Origin: Caldilineaceae bacterium
GTDB lineage: Bacteria > Chloroflexota > Anaerolineae > Caldilineales > Caldilineaceae
Length of the DNA: 64,000 bases
Assembly (NCBI GenBank): GCA_965221145.1
Contig: OZ244877.1
Location: forward strand, 2,002,743 to 2,066,742
Direction: 5' to 3'
This document shows positions 18,745 through 27,571 of the stretch, piece by piece. The first letter of the stretch is position 1, and every line of letters begins with the position of its first letter. The translations under genes and the position numbers were made by a program. The notes beneath the pieces are model-generated. The model ran no database searches and was not told the DNA's origin. It worked only from the letters and a program-made list of their open reading frames with translations.

Positions 18745-18869
18745 TTCAAGACGGATCTTGAAGATTGAGAGGCCGCCTCAGTTCATTGAAACAACCTGCT
18801 GCCCTCATTGCACAGCGAGCGTAGAATAGGGCGCAATCAGAGATACATCCGCGCATTGGACACCGCCTC

Positions 18870-19205
18870 TTACCCCCTCTCTCCTAGAATTGCTCCATCC
18901 GTAGCCACCTGCACCCCCAACACCGTCATAAAGATCGGCACGTGGATATCCAGTGCGTGCGCGGCTTCGCTCTGCTCAGCCACCACATTGCGGGCTAGAT
19001 GCGGGTTCCGCCGTTCCCGCTGCGCCTGCGTGTCGCAGAAGACCATGCCGTGATGCCAGCGCGCGAATCAGGTGACCGAGTGCATATGCGCGTCGGCCAC
19101 CATCTGCGCTCACGTGCCGGCGTCGAACTCCCCACCGATGGTGGTGAGCTGCTCGCTCGTGTGGAAGTCGAGGTGAAACTGGCGGTAACGGAGGAAGTCG
19201 TGCAT
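18870..19205 (-). pseudogene. Second, longer decayed 5' fragment of the same glycoside-hydrolase-like gene family
   Basis: Minus-strand reading gives MHDFLRYRQFHLDFHTSEQLTTIGGEFDAGT*AQMVADAHMHSVT*FARWHHGMVF... with two in-frame stops. The DNA is roughly three-quarters identical by eye to 17246-17428. Confidence 0.55.
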
Positions 19206-19529
19206 TGGGTTGGGTGCTCCTGTTGGATGCGTGACAAAACTATGCATTGAAATGGTACCCATAAACTAATACGACAACCGCATTTTCGGTAGATTCGGGA
19301 ATCAGAGGGAAAAGCAGGTGTCGCGATGGCACAAATGCAGGCTGTTGGCTTGGTTTTCTGACTGCTATACAGCGTTTTCTCGCTCTCTTTATTGCCGGAA
19401 AATCACGATTTGCGGTACTGCGGTTGTAGTACTAAGCGCCGTATTGCATCCAATCAGTCGAAGCAACAGACAGACTCAGATGAGAGATTCTCATCAAGAG
19501 TGATTGCAACTACTAGCAGGTTGGCTAGT

Positions 19530-21356
19530 TCAAGGGCTCGGAAGTTGCTGCTCATTGGATTGCAATTCAATCACATAACGGGAAGGCCCCTTTCTCCAAG
19601 TTGTGTTGTGTCCGCCTCTGTACCAGCCGGAGTAAAGCAGGCAAATCGCATCTTTGGCCCGAGTCATACCTACATAGAATAGACGCCTGGCCTCATCAAA
19701 TTCCTCGGCAGTTCTTGCCCTATAACTGGGAAGGCGGCCCTCTTCTAATCCCGGCACAATCACAACTTTGAATTCCAGTCCCTTACTGCTGTGTAGCGAG
19801 GTAAGTACAACTGTATCCGGTCTGCCTCCACACCCAGCGAATCTATCCAAATCTAATCCTGCCAGAGGCTCTCCCTCGCGACAACCCTCAACTATGGACT
19901 CCCAACCTGCTAGATCGTCTGGGTGCGTCCTTCGTGCATTGAGGCACCATGCCAAGTCTAAGGAAGAGTCCAGTCGGTTGAGCCACTCTACGAAAGGCAT
20001 GTTGGGATCTGCGAGGGAATTAAGAGTTTTGAAGAACCTTGTACGAGTACTTAGGTCTCCAATGTTTAACAATATACCCGCCTCTGCACTAAGAACAGCA
20101 TACCGATAGAACAACTCATCAAATTCGGGGCCCAGTTGGCTATCTGGATATAGTGAACACCACGAAGCGACGTTTTCCAACCACCGAGTAAAAGGAGTTC
20201 TCTGGTAGCGCTGGTCGCGCACGCCCGCATATTTGATGCCCGACTCGTCCAGTGCTTTGCGCAGTTCCTTTGCATCCCATTTGTCCAAAAAGAGGATGGC
20301 AATTTGGTCGTGAGAAATGCCTTGTTTTTCCAAATGAGGTATTAGTCGGGTCGCGATGAACTCTGCCTGCTGGCAAAGACCTCCAGGGCACTTCTTGATG
20401 AAGAGCCCTCCATTGGAGCTTTGTCTGGCAGACACGTAATTCCTTGGTTCAACGGGGTCGAGCACCACCTGTGATTTATCGATTATCTGCTGTATGCTTC
20501 GGTAATTCAAATCAAGAGTGACCTTGTGAACAGCTGAATCTTGTGCCAAGCTTCGCAAATACTTGGGACTAGCACCTGCGAAGCCGTAGATGGATTGGTC
20601 GGGGTCTCCCACGGCAAATACATCCATTTGAGTTAAGCGCATTAGACTCCTAACGATCATGTGGAGAGGATAGCCTAAGTCCTGATATTCGTCCACAACC
20701 AGAAAGGGGAAGCGGGCCTCTAGAGCCGAACGGACAAACTCGTGGCGACGTATCAAATTCAAAGCAACAAGAACAAGGTCGTCAAAGTCCAGCATACGGT
20801 CTTGGCGAAGTCTGCTCTCATAGGTTTCAATTAGCTTCGCCAATTGAGCGTTCTCGAACCATTGATCAGTATCTCTCTCAAGATGGGTCCTTCGGTACTT
20901 GCTCAGTTGGTCCCGATAATCTGCAGGACGACCCATTAATCCAATCTCATTCATGGCCTCCTGGAGGGCTAAGTCCTGTTGGCTAGTCCCCGCTACTGAA
21001 AATTCTGTAAGTAGGTCTTTCCGAAACAGCCGACCAAATGGCGTAACGACGCATTCAAGACAGAAGCTATGAACGGTCCCAATGAATAGTCTTCTGTCCG
21101 AGGAGAATCCGATATCTCCAAGCCTGTTTCTCACTTCTCTTACGGCTTCGTTGTTGTATGTAATGCAAGCTACTCCACGTGGGCCCTTGGTTCCCTGTGT
21201 CAATGAGCGTGCTACTTTTGCTACAAGGACTCGCGTCTTTCCGCTTCCTGGTCCAGCTAGAACAACGCAATGTCCGTCGAAATCTAATGCCTCAGTTTGG
21301 TTTGAATTGAGAGTTTCAATTAGAGTGGCAAGAGTAGGCGGGGGGGAAGTGTTCAT
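19530..21356 (-). CDS. gajB: Gabija GajB, UvrD/Rep-like SF1 helicase
   Basis: 608 aa. Walker A AGPGSGKTRVL, VVDEYQDL, and C-terminal SSKGLEFKVVIV and YVGMTRAK. 4-nt overlap with the upstream OLD-family gene. Confidence 0.85.
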   Translation of the reverse strand: MNTSPPPTLATLIETLNSNQTEALDFDGHCVVLAGPGSGKTRVLVAKVARSLTQGTKGPRGVACITYNNEAVREVRNRLGDIGFSSDRRLFIGTVHSFCLECVVTPFGRLFRKDLLTEFSVAGTSQQDLALQEAMNEIGLMGRPADYRDQLSKYRRTHLERDTDQWFENAQLAKLIETYESRLRQDRMLDFDDLVLVALNLIRRHEFVRSALEARFPFLVVDEYQDLGYPLHMIVRSLMRLTQMDVFAVGDPDQSIYGFAGASPKYLRSLAQDSAVHKVTLDLNYRSIQQIIDKSQVVLDPVEPRNYVSARQSSNGGLFIKKCPGGLCQQAEFIATRLIPHLEKQGISHDQIAILFLDKWDAKELRKALDESGIKYAGVRDQRYQRTPFTRWLENVASWCSLYPDSQLGPEFDELFYRYAVLSAEAGILLNIGDLSTRTRFFKTLNSLADPNMPFVEWLNRLDSSLDLAWCLNARRTHPDDLAGWESIVEGCREGEPLAGLDLDRFAGCGGRPDTVVLTSLHSSKGLEFKVVIVPGLEEGRLPSYRARTAEEFDEARRLFYVGMTRAKDAICLLYSGWYRGGHNTTWRKGPSRYVIELQSNEQQLPSP

Positions 21357-23149
21357 TCGGACAAGACCTTTACAATATACCGGATTCCACCTGTGACGTA
21401 AGACGGGGATTTCCCATCGTTGATTCTGCTTGCCAAGCGTTGAGCCACTCTTCCTTTACCAATTCGTGAGATCGTCTTCATCAGATTCGTAGCCTCACTT
21501 CCATCCAATGGTGTGCTCCGATTCACGATTTCTTCTAGTTCCGCCAATTCCCGCTGAGAGGCACTCAACTCTGCAAGTGAGTCAACCATCTCTTGTCGAA
21601 GCCCACTGTCAAAGAGATCTACTTCTAAGGTACGGTTACCAACGAATACCCCTATCTCCTTAGCCGTTTCAATGGTCTGTGACCACAGTCGGGAGTTATA
21701 CATTTCGTTCAACCTGACTGACTCCGGAAGGCCCAAGGCTTGTGCAACAAGGACTGCGCGACGCAGCCCTCTGCTCGCCTTTTCGCCTTCTTTGGTTTTG
21801 TACCAGTCTCCATCGGTCAGGATCACAAATGGAACATCCAAGCCTGTTGGCCCCAACAGCTTGGCGTAAGGAACAAAGTCCACTCCGTGAACACTGCAAA
21901 CAGTGATCCCATGCTGATCCAAAGGCCTGCCCATAGCCTCTGCGATAGCGGGTATCAAGAACATTTCGGTAGCTCCCTCAACTAGGATGACCCCACGGGC
22001 GAAGAGTATTTCTGCTCTTGTAGTATCTAAGTATCTCTCTAGGTCGGCAATCTCTTGGCTTCCTAGGCCTGCTTGTAGGGTTGACCTTCCCTCCGAACCG
22101 CTACCGCGCTGATCATTCCTTAGCAGCACGACACTTTTAAGGGGAGCCACACTTGCAATGTGGGGTGAGTGTGTTGTTAGGAATATGGGAGGTTCCCGTC
22201 GTAGGAAGTCCTTAAAAACTAGGCGTTGAAGGTGAGGATGCAGATGCGACTCTGGCTCTTCAATCGCAAGAATCGTCTTTGCTCTTTCAACCGCAGCCGT
22301 CTTTTTTTCCAGTTCGACTGCCAAGAGCAAGAGATAGAGCAGGTTGTCTATTCCAAGACTCATTTCTCCCAGTGGCCTCTTTCTTTTGCCGTCCCCAAAC
22401 ATTCGCAGAGACCTCGTTAGCCTTTCGGGGGTCGTTGGAGCAAATCCAAGTGTTGGGTCGATTTGGTGAACGCTGCCAACCATCAGTGAAAGGCGCGACT
22501 GGATTTCCTGGTCCAGTTGCTGGACATCGTTTTCGGCTAGCAGTTGAACTGTTGCGTCGTCGATTTTGTTAGCCACTTGGGAGAGAATTTCAGTTGGTAT
22601 GTCCAGGCGCTCTAAGAGGGGCTTAAGGGGTGATTGCCGCCATGAAGCAAGGTCTCTTTCGGCGTCTCTCAAAGCGGGGAGTACTTCCAGTGGAATCCAT
22701 TTGCGGACGTGGAAGTCAATCTTGTTTTTTTCGGCTTCGCCACCAAAGACAACAAATTCGTAGTCTCTGATACTTATGTCCTGACCTGAGGGCAGATTCT
22801 CCTTGGGTCTAAAGCGGTACGTCAAGAGGGCAGTTACTGAGTCTGTATTAATGCAATACTTTTGCAGAACAGTCAATAGATATTCGTCATTTTGGAAGTC
22901 CTGGAATTCAACTGCAACCTCTATGGTTTTTCCACTCTTTACGGGTTCGCTCAAGCCATCCCAGAAGTCTTCTTCTCGCAGTTGTCTGGAGCTGTCTGAG
23001 AGTCTTGGATCAAGAATCAACCTCAGGGCAAAAAGCAAGTTTGTTTTGCCCACGTTGTTTTCACCTACGACAACGCTCTTGGGGCCTAGCCTTACATCGA
23101 GACTGCGGAAATTTCGAAAGTTCCTCACACGAATTCGAGACATGTGCAT
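21353..23149 (-). CDS. gajA: Gabija GajA, OLD-family ABC-ATPase/TOPRIM endonuclease
   Basis: 598 aa. IRVRNFRNFRSL..., Walker A GENNVGKTN, signature/Walker B region ILAIEEPESHLHP, and TOPRIM VILVEGATEMFLIP with FVILTDGDW. Confidence 0.85.
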   Translation of the reverse strand: MHMSRIRVRNFRNFRSLDVRLGPKSVVVGENNVGKTNLLFALRLILDPRLSDSSRQLREEDFWDGLSEPVKSGKTIEVAVEFQDFQNDEYLLTVLQKYCINTDSVTALLTYRFRPKENLPSGQDISIRDYEFVVFGGEAEKNKIDFHVRKWIPLEVLPALRDAERDLASWRQSPLKPLLERLDIPTEILSQVANKIDDATVQLLAENDVQQLDQEIQSRLSLMVGSVHQIDPTLGFAPTTPERLTRSLRMFGDGKRKRPLGEMSLGIDNLLYLLLLAVELEKKTAAVERAKTILAIEEPESHLHPHLQRLVFKDFLRREPPIFLTTHSPHIASVAPLKSVVLLRNDQRGSGSEGRSTLQAGLGSQEIADLERYLDTTRAEILFARGVILVEGATEMFLIPAIAEAMGRPLDQHGITVCSVHGVDFVPYAKLLGPTGLDVPFVILTDGDWYKTKEGEKASRGLRRAVLVAQALGLPESVRLNEMYNSRLWSQTIETAKEIGVFVGNRTLEVDLFDSGLRQEMVDSLAELSASQRELAELEEIVNRSTPLDGSEATNLMKTISRIGKGRVAQRLASRINDGKSPSYVTGGIRYIVKVLSE

Positions 23150-23307
23150 TTTGCGCTCCTGGCAATGTCAAAGTGATTGAAGAAATACGTTCTTGCAGTT
23201 CTGTTTTCCTTTTCAAACGCGCAGTCTCACAATTATTCGGCAATTGGTAGGCTAAATTCGCGTCTTTCCCTAAGAACGGCAGGCCCTCTTTTCACATAAG
23301 ACTGAGT

Positions 23308-23898
23308 TCATGTGGAAAAGTCGAGGGAATACTTGCCTTCTCTTTTCCGAAAGGATATGTTTGTTCGCCCATATTCGATAAGTTTCGTCTTGGTGATTCG
23401 TTCCTCCAATCTGATTCCCAGACGATCTCGAATGTACTTACTAAGAATCTGATAGTTCCCAACGGTAACCAGGAGACGAGAAAGATCGCCTGTCGTCTTC
23501 ATAATCAAGGTTTCGCCATCATCCGTAGTAACGTTAAATGCTTCTTGGGGCTTTGGAAAGAATGACCAGTTCGCCGGTTCAATGAGAATAGCCGCCTGAT
23601 AGTTGTGATAGTGTGGGCTGTGCCCCATGTTCAAGCGGGAACTTTTGGGCACTTGTCCTTGGCGATTTAAGAGGGATATAGTGATCACCTCCCTCTCGTC
23701 TACGAAATTCTGCTCGTCGGTAGTTTCTTGTGAAGAGGGTTTGCCCCCTGAGCCTTCCTGTTCTAGATTTTCCGGTGGCGATTCTTCTGTCAACACGTCG
23801 CCCTGAAGAATCGTCAATACGTCTTGAATTGAAATCGTCAGTTCTACTAGACGACGATTCATTTCAAACAAGGCTAGATAAAGCTGTCGTGTTCCCAT
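23308..23898 (-). CDS. Small protein with a C-terminal B3-like DNA-binding domain (as in PLD-family restriction enzymes) but no nuclease domain
   Basis: Start at MGTRQ (ATG 23898, GGGAGGA RBS). The C-terminal ~120 aa (ISLLNRQGQVPKSSRLNMG..., FNVTTDDGETLIMKTTG..., ILSKYIRDRLGIRLEERITKTKLIEYGRTNISFRKREGKYSLDFS) follows the pattern I recall for the BfiI/NgoFVII C-terminal domain. The N-terminal ~70 aa are coiled-coil/acidic. Needs HMM confirmation. Confidence 0.55.
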   Translation of the reverse strand: MGTRQLYLALFEMNRRLVELTISIQDVLTILQGDVLTEESPPENLEQEGSGGKPSSQETTDEQNFVDEREVITISLLNRQGQVPKSSRLNMGHSPHYHNYQAAILIEPANWSFFPKPQEAFNVTTDDGETLIMKTTGDLSRLLVTVGNYQILSKYIRDRLGIRLEERITKTKLIEYGRTNISFRKREGKYSLDFST

Positions 23899-24037
23899 GA
23901 TTCCTCCCATAGGCTGTATTGCTGACTGTCTGTTGCTATGTCAACATGATAATACCATGGCCCCGTCATCCATTCAAATTTTGACTACATTGTAGCGCAT
24001 TTTGTGCCACACCCCAAAAATATTTCAACACTGTGGA

Positions 24038-24066
24038 ATAGTAACAGAATATTGCGAATCTGTCAA
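24038..24066 (-). promoter_or_regulatory. Candidate promoter for the B3-like ORF/gajA/gajB transcription unit
   Basis: Minus strand: TTGACA (24066-24061), 17 nt, TACTAT (24043-24038), about 140 nt upstream of the ATG at 23898. Confidence 0.3.
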
Positions 24067-24293
24067 ATTGCTAAAGGTTTAGATCTCTTCCTAAGTTCAT
24101 GAATGTGTGTCCATTGCACTGTTGAAGCGAACATGCTGGCTTCGCTCCATCAGGGGCCTGATTGTTGCAGATTGAGAATGAAATGGTAAGTCCTCAAGAG
24201 GGGAAAGTTTCCTTGAGCCGTGGATGTGAGAGGTGAACACAGCTGGAGATTGCGGATTGGCCCAGCCTAGAAACGGAGAGTGGGGCGTAAGAC

Positions 24294-24581
24294 CTAATCT
24301 GAGTTCGTATATCCACCTCCCTCCTGCAAGTTGAGCGCCAGCAACTCCACCAACGCATCCTCCTCCGAAATGTCGGACGGCCAACCATACGCCGCCGCGA
24401 CCGCCGCGTCCAGTGCCGCGTGCGCCTCCGCCAACCACTGCGGAGGCGCATTGTACAGATTCGTCAGTGTGTGCGCCTTCAACGCCTTCGCCGCCGCTTA
24501 GTCGCAGGGAACCGCCCGCCTGAGATACCCCGCCACCGGCTCATCCACCCACTCCACCCATTCCGGCGGGTTGAGCCTGCG
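24294..24581 (-). pseudogene. Detached copy 1 of the MmeI-family gene 3' end (most diverged, frameshifted)
   Basis: RLNPPEWVEWVDEPVAGYLRRAV in one frame, then AHTLTNLYNAPPQWLAEAHAALDAAVAAAYGWPSDISEEDALVELLALNL in another. Homologous to the last ~95 aa of the 27572-30418 gene. Confidence 0.75.
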
Positions 24582-24712
24582 GTCGTGAACAGCAGACGAT
24601 GAGGCGAATAGAATAAATTGTCGCCTAAGGCAGCTACCGGATTGCGACTTTGAGGTTATTGCGACCCCGCTGGCACGCCAGGGCGCGGGATCGCCGTCAG
24701 CAGCAAGTTGCA

Positions 24713-24919
24713 TTAGCGGTGTGGTGACTGTTCGCCAATCAGCGGAGCGACAACGCCCCCCATGCCGATAACGATGTTGGCAAGGTCGCCGATCAGCTTT
24801 TGGGTCTCGGCCAACCCTTTCGTATTGCGGTCCTGCTGTTCGGCAATCCTGTCCAGCGTGGCATCAATGCGATCGTAGCGTCTTTCCCACTCGGGGCGGT
24901 CATCCATCTCTTGCGTCAT
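24713..24919 (-). CDS. Small coiled-coil protein S1 (68 aa), unknown function
   Basis: ATG with an AGGAGG RBS. RIDATLDRIAEQQDRNTKGLAETQKLIGDLANIVIGMGGVVAPLIG. Same architecture as S2-S4 (helical N-terminus, short hydrophobic C-terminus). Confidence 0.5.
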   Translation of the reverse strand: MTQEMDDRPEWERRYDRIDATLDRIAEQQDRNTKGLAETQKLIGDLANIVIGMGGVVAPLIGEQSPHR

Positions 24920-25150
24920 GGTCGGGGGCCTCCTGGTTTGCGTGAGAAGCTATTGGGCTGAAACCACAACGCAATCGTAGCGGCAGCCCATCCCGCTGTC
25001 AAGCGTATCCGCGTTCACTTTGTAAACACACTCTGCCACGTCGGGCGTTAAACGAGACCGCTGTGCCCGAATCACAGCCCATCCCCTAATCACACAAATC
25101 ACAGTTCAGACTATCGGCGCGGAAAGTCTTGCTTTTCAGGAAAATCCACA

Positions 25151-25552
25151 TCAAGAACCCCCCTGCGCCAAATTCAACGCCAACAACTCCCCCAGCGCAT
25201 CCTCCTCCGAAATATCTACCTCCCATCCATACGCCGCCGCCACCGCCGCATCCAGAGCCGCGTGCGCATCCGCCAACCACTGCGGTCGCGCATTGTACAG
25301 ATTCGTCAACGTCCGCGCCTTCAACGCCTTCGCCGCCTTTTCGTCGCGTGCAACCGCCCGCTTTGGATACCCCGCCACCGGCTCGTCCACCCACTCCACC
25401 CACTCCGGCGGATTCAGCCAGCGCTCCCGAAGCTCCACCAGCCCCCGCGCCGCAGCATCCAGTGAACTGCCAAAACGAAACGGTGACTGGCTACTTCTTT
25501 GCCTGCGTAGACGCGTTTGTGTCCTCGCACGAATGCGTAAAGTTTCTGCCAC
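25151..25552 (-). pseudogene. Detached copy 2 of the MmeI-family gene 3' end (reading frame still open, no convincing start)
   Basis: ...SPFRFGSSLDAAARGLVELRERWLNPPEWVEWVDEPVAGYPKRAVARDEKAAKALKARTLTNLYNARPQWLADAHAALDAAVAAAYGWEVDISEEDALGELLALNLAQGGS. Very similar to the intact gene tail. The listed M is a GTG with no RBS. Confidence 0.7.
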
Positions 25553-25620
25553 GGATGGTTGGCGATTCCGTTGCAGCGATATGAGCGCCCCGGTCGGCTT
25601 GCCGGCCGGGGCGTGGGCGG

Positions 25621-25896
25621 TTAGCTATCGTCACGGGCGGGCGGGGTAATGATGGTTGCAATGAAGTTGATCGCGCCGGCGAGCGTGTTGATCTGTTCAG
25701 ATACGTTTTCGATTCGCTTCGTCAAGCGGTCGATCTGTTCAGAGTTGGCGGAGACCTGCTGATCCGTGCGGTCTTGGCGTGCGGCGATCTGTGCAGAGTT
25801 GGCGGCGATTTGTGCAGAGTTGGCGGCGATCTGTTCTGCGTTCTGTTGCAGGATGCTTTCGATGCGGTCAAGGCGGCTGTTGTTTCGTTCTGTCAT
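25621..25896 (-). CDS. Small coiled-coil protein S2 (91 aa)
   Basis: MTERNNSRLDRIESILQQNAEQIAANSAQIAANSAQIAARQDRTDQQVSANSEQIDRLTKRIENVSEQINTLAGAINFIATIITPPARDDS. AAGGA RBS. Close paralogue of S3. Confidence 0.55.
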   Translation of the reverse strand: MTERNNSRLDRIESILQQNAEQIAANSAQIAANSAQIAARQDRTDQQVSANSEQIDRLTKRIENVSEQINTLAGAINFIATIITPPARDDS

Positions 25897-26037
25897 TGGT
25901 CCTTTCCTTTCTGTGATAAGTTACCAATAAAATAAATTGCCGTCCATTTGACCGAACGCAGAAAACGTCAGCATGGCCTGATCTTTCCGAATTGGGAACC
26001 GTTCTATAACGGCCCGCGCGGCTTCTTGGTGCGCGCT

Positions 26038-26128
26038 AAGTAACTGTCCACAAACAACGTAGCGATTTCAACCAAGATCGAACCGATATGTCGAACGAAA
26101 CCGCTAAGTTAAAAGTGGACAATTACTT
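26038..26128. repeat. 91-nt element with terminal inverted repeats (copy E1)
   Basis: AAGTAACTGTCCAC...GTGGACAATTACTT ends. The interior is about 85% identical by eye to 46774-46863. Confidence 0.7.
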
Positions 26129-26138
26129 GGCGGAAGTG

Positions 26139-26372
26139 TCAACGCTCCCATGACGCCCGCTCGTCCTTTAGGTAGGATTCCACCTCCTCCGCAGTCTCGA
26201 AGAGGCGCTGCCCCGGCGCTTCTTTCAGAATCTCAACTGTGGACCGCTGTACAGACCCCAATGAGTGAAGCACCACCACGTTGACAGACTCCCCAACAGG
26301 AAGCTTCTGGTCGACAATTTCAATCCTCCCTCCTGGCAACACCGTTGTTGTTATGTGAAGCGCCTTCTGCAT
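26139..26372 (-). CDS. Small antitoxin-like protein (orphan, no toxin partner seen)
   Basis: 77 aa. ATG with an AAGGGGA RBS. N-terminus ITTTVLPGGRIEIVDQKLPVGESVNVVV (swapped-hairpin/DUF104-like look). C-terminus ILKEAPGQRLFETAEEVESYLKDERASWER. Family call is tentative. Confidence 0.45.
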   Translation of the reverse strand: MQKALHITTTVLPGGRIEIVDQKLPVGESVNVVVLHSLGSVQRSTVEILKEAPGQRLFETAEEVESYLKDERASWER

Positions 26373-26454
26373 TGTCTGTGTCCCCTTTCATGCAATGGTC
26401 GTCCTCGGGGTCGCTCAATTCGTCCACCCTCCCAGTCATCCATGCCAGTATATT

Positions 26455-26491
26455 GCAAGCACGGAATTGCTGGCAAGAATTCCGTGCTTGC
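26455..26491. other. Perfect 14-bp-stem hairpin
   Basis: GCAAGCACGGAATT-gctggcaag-AATTCCGTGCTTGC, about 58 nt downstream (minus sense) of the stop of detached copy 3. No U-tract, so it is not called a terminator. Confidence 0.6.
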
Positions 26492-26548
26492 TCTGTTTCC
26501 CGCCAAGGTGTTTCGGATAAGGCGCACGCAACTGAGAACTGCTTTGAC

Positions 26549-26895
26549 TCAAGACCCGCTCCCCTCCCCCAAATTCAGCGCCAACAACTTCCCCAGCGCC
26601 TCCTCCTCCGAGATGTCCGCAGTCCAGCCGTAGGCAGCCGCGACCGCGGAATCAAGAGCCGCGTGCGCGCCTGCAACGCTTTCGCCGCCGTCCCGTCCCG
26701 TGCCACCGCCCGCTATGGATACCCCGCGACCGGCTCGTCCACCCATGCCGGCGGATTCAGCCAGCGGTCGCGCAGTTCCACCAGCCGCCGCGCCGCAGCA
26801 TCCAGTGAACTGCCAAATCGAAACGGTGACAAGCTACCGCTTTGCCTGCGTAGACGCGTTTGTGTCCTCGCACGAATGCGTAAAGTTGCTGCCAC
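26549..26895 (-). pseudogene. Detached copy 3 of the MmeI-family gene 3' end (internal deletion plus frameshift)
   Basis: SPFRFGSSLDAAARRLVELRDRWLNPPAWVDEPVAGYP in one frame and AHAALDSAVAAAYGWTADISEEEALGKLLALNLGEGSGS in another. The KRAVARDE...QWLAD segment is missing. Confidence 0.75.
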
Positions 26896-26963
26896 GGATG
26901 GTTGGCGATTCCGTTGCAGCGATATGAGCGCCCCGGCCGGCTTGCCGGTCGAGGTGTGGGCGG

Positions 26964-27185
26964 TTAGCTATCGTCACGGGCGGGCGGGGTGATGATGGTT
27001 GCAATGAAGTTGACCGCGCCGGCAAGCGTGTTGACCAGGGCAGACAGGTTTTCGAGACGCTTTGTCAGGCGGTCGATCTGCTCAGAGTTGGCGGCGATCT
27101 GCTGATCCGTGCGCTCTTGGCGTTCGGCGATCTTTTCCAGGATGCTTTCGATGCGGTCTAGGCGGCTGTTGTTTTGCTCTGTCAT
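26964..27185 (-). CDS. Small coiled-coil protein S3 (73 aa)
   Basis: Start at MTEQNNSRLDRIESILEKIAERQERTDQQIAANSEQIDRLTKRLENLSALVNTLAGAVNFIATIITPPARDDS (ATG 27185, AAGGA RBS). The track ORF to 27356 is over-extended. Confidence 0.55.
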   Translation of the reverse strand: MTEQNNSRLDRIESILEKIAERQERTDQQIAANSEQIDRLTKRLENLSALVNTLAGAVNFIATIITPPARDDS

Positions 27186-27213
27186 TGGTCTTTTCCTTTC
27201 ATTTTCAAAAGTA

Positions 27214-27429
27214 TCAATCCTGATGGGCGGGCGGCGTGGACTGTGAGATATGCCCCTGAACGGCGGCGCGTAGGAAACCGATCTCTTGTGAGAGCTTGGC
27301 GATCTGTTCAGAGTTGGCGGCGATCTGTTCCGCGTTGCGGTCCAGTATCCACACAATGCGATCTAAGCGTTCGTCAATGTTGGCGATCTGTTCTGCGTTG
27401 CGGGATTCACGGCTTTTGAACCACTTCAT
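27214..27429 (-). CDS. Small coiled-coil protein S4 (71 aa)
   Basis: Start at MKWFKSRESRNAEQIANIDERLDRIVWILDRNAEQIAANSEQIAKLSQEIGFLRAAVQGHISQSTPPAHQD (ATG 27429, AGGAAA RBS). It lies 28 nt upstream of S3. Confidence 0.5.
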   Translation of the reverse strand: MKWFKSRESRNAEQIANIDERLDRIVWILDRNAEQIAANSEQIAKLSQEIGFLRAAVQGHISQSTPPAHQD

Positions 27430-27571
27430 CTTGTGTTTTCCTTTCCTGTGATAAGTTACCGACAAAAAATAAGTTCCGTCCTTTTAACCGAACGCAGCAA
27501 ACGTCAGTATGGCCTGAACTTTCCGATTTTGGAATCGTTCTATATCGGCCCACGCGGCTTCCTGGTGCGCG

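Noticed and set aside
19470-19490. Short hairpin GATGAGA-GAT-TCTCATC downstream of gajB, considered as a terminator
   Set aside because: Only a 7-bp stem with no U-tract on the minus strand. Too weak to call.
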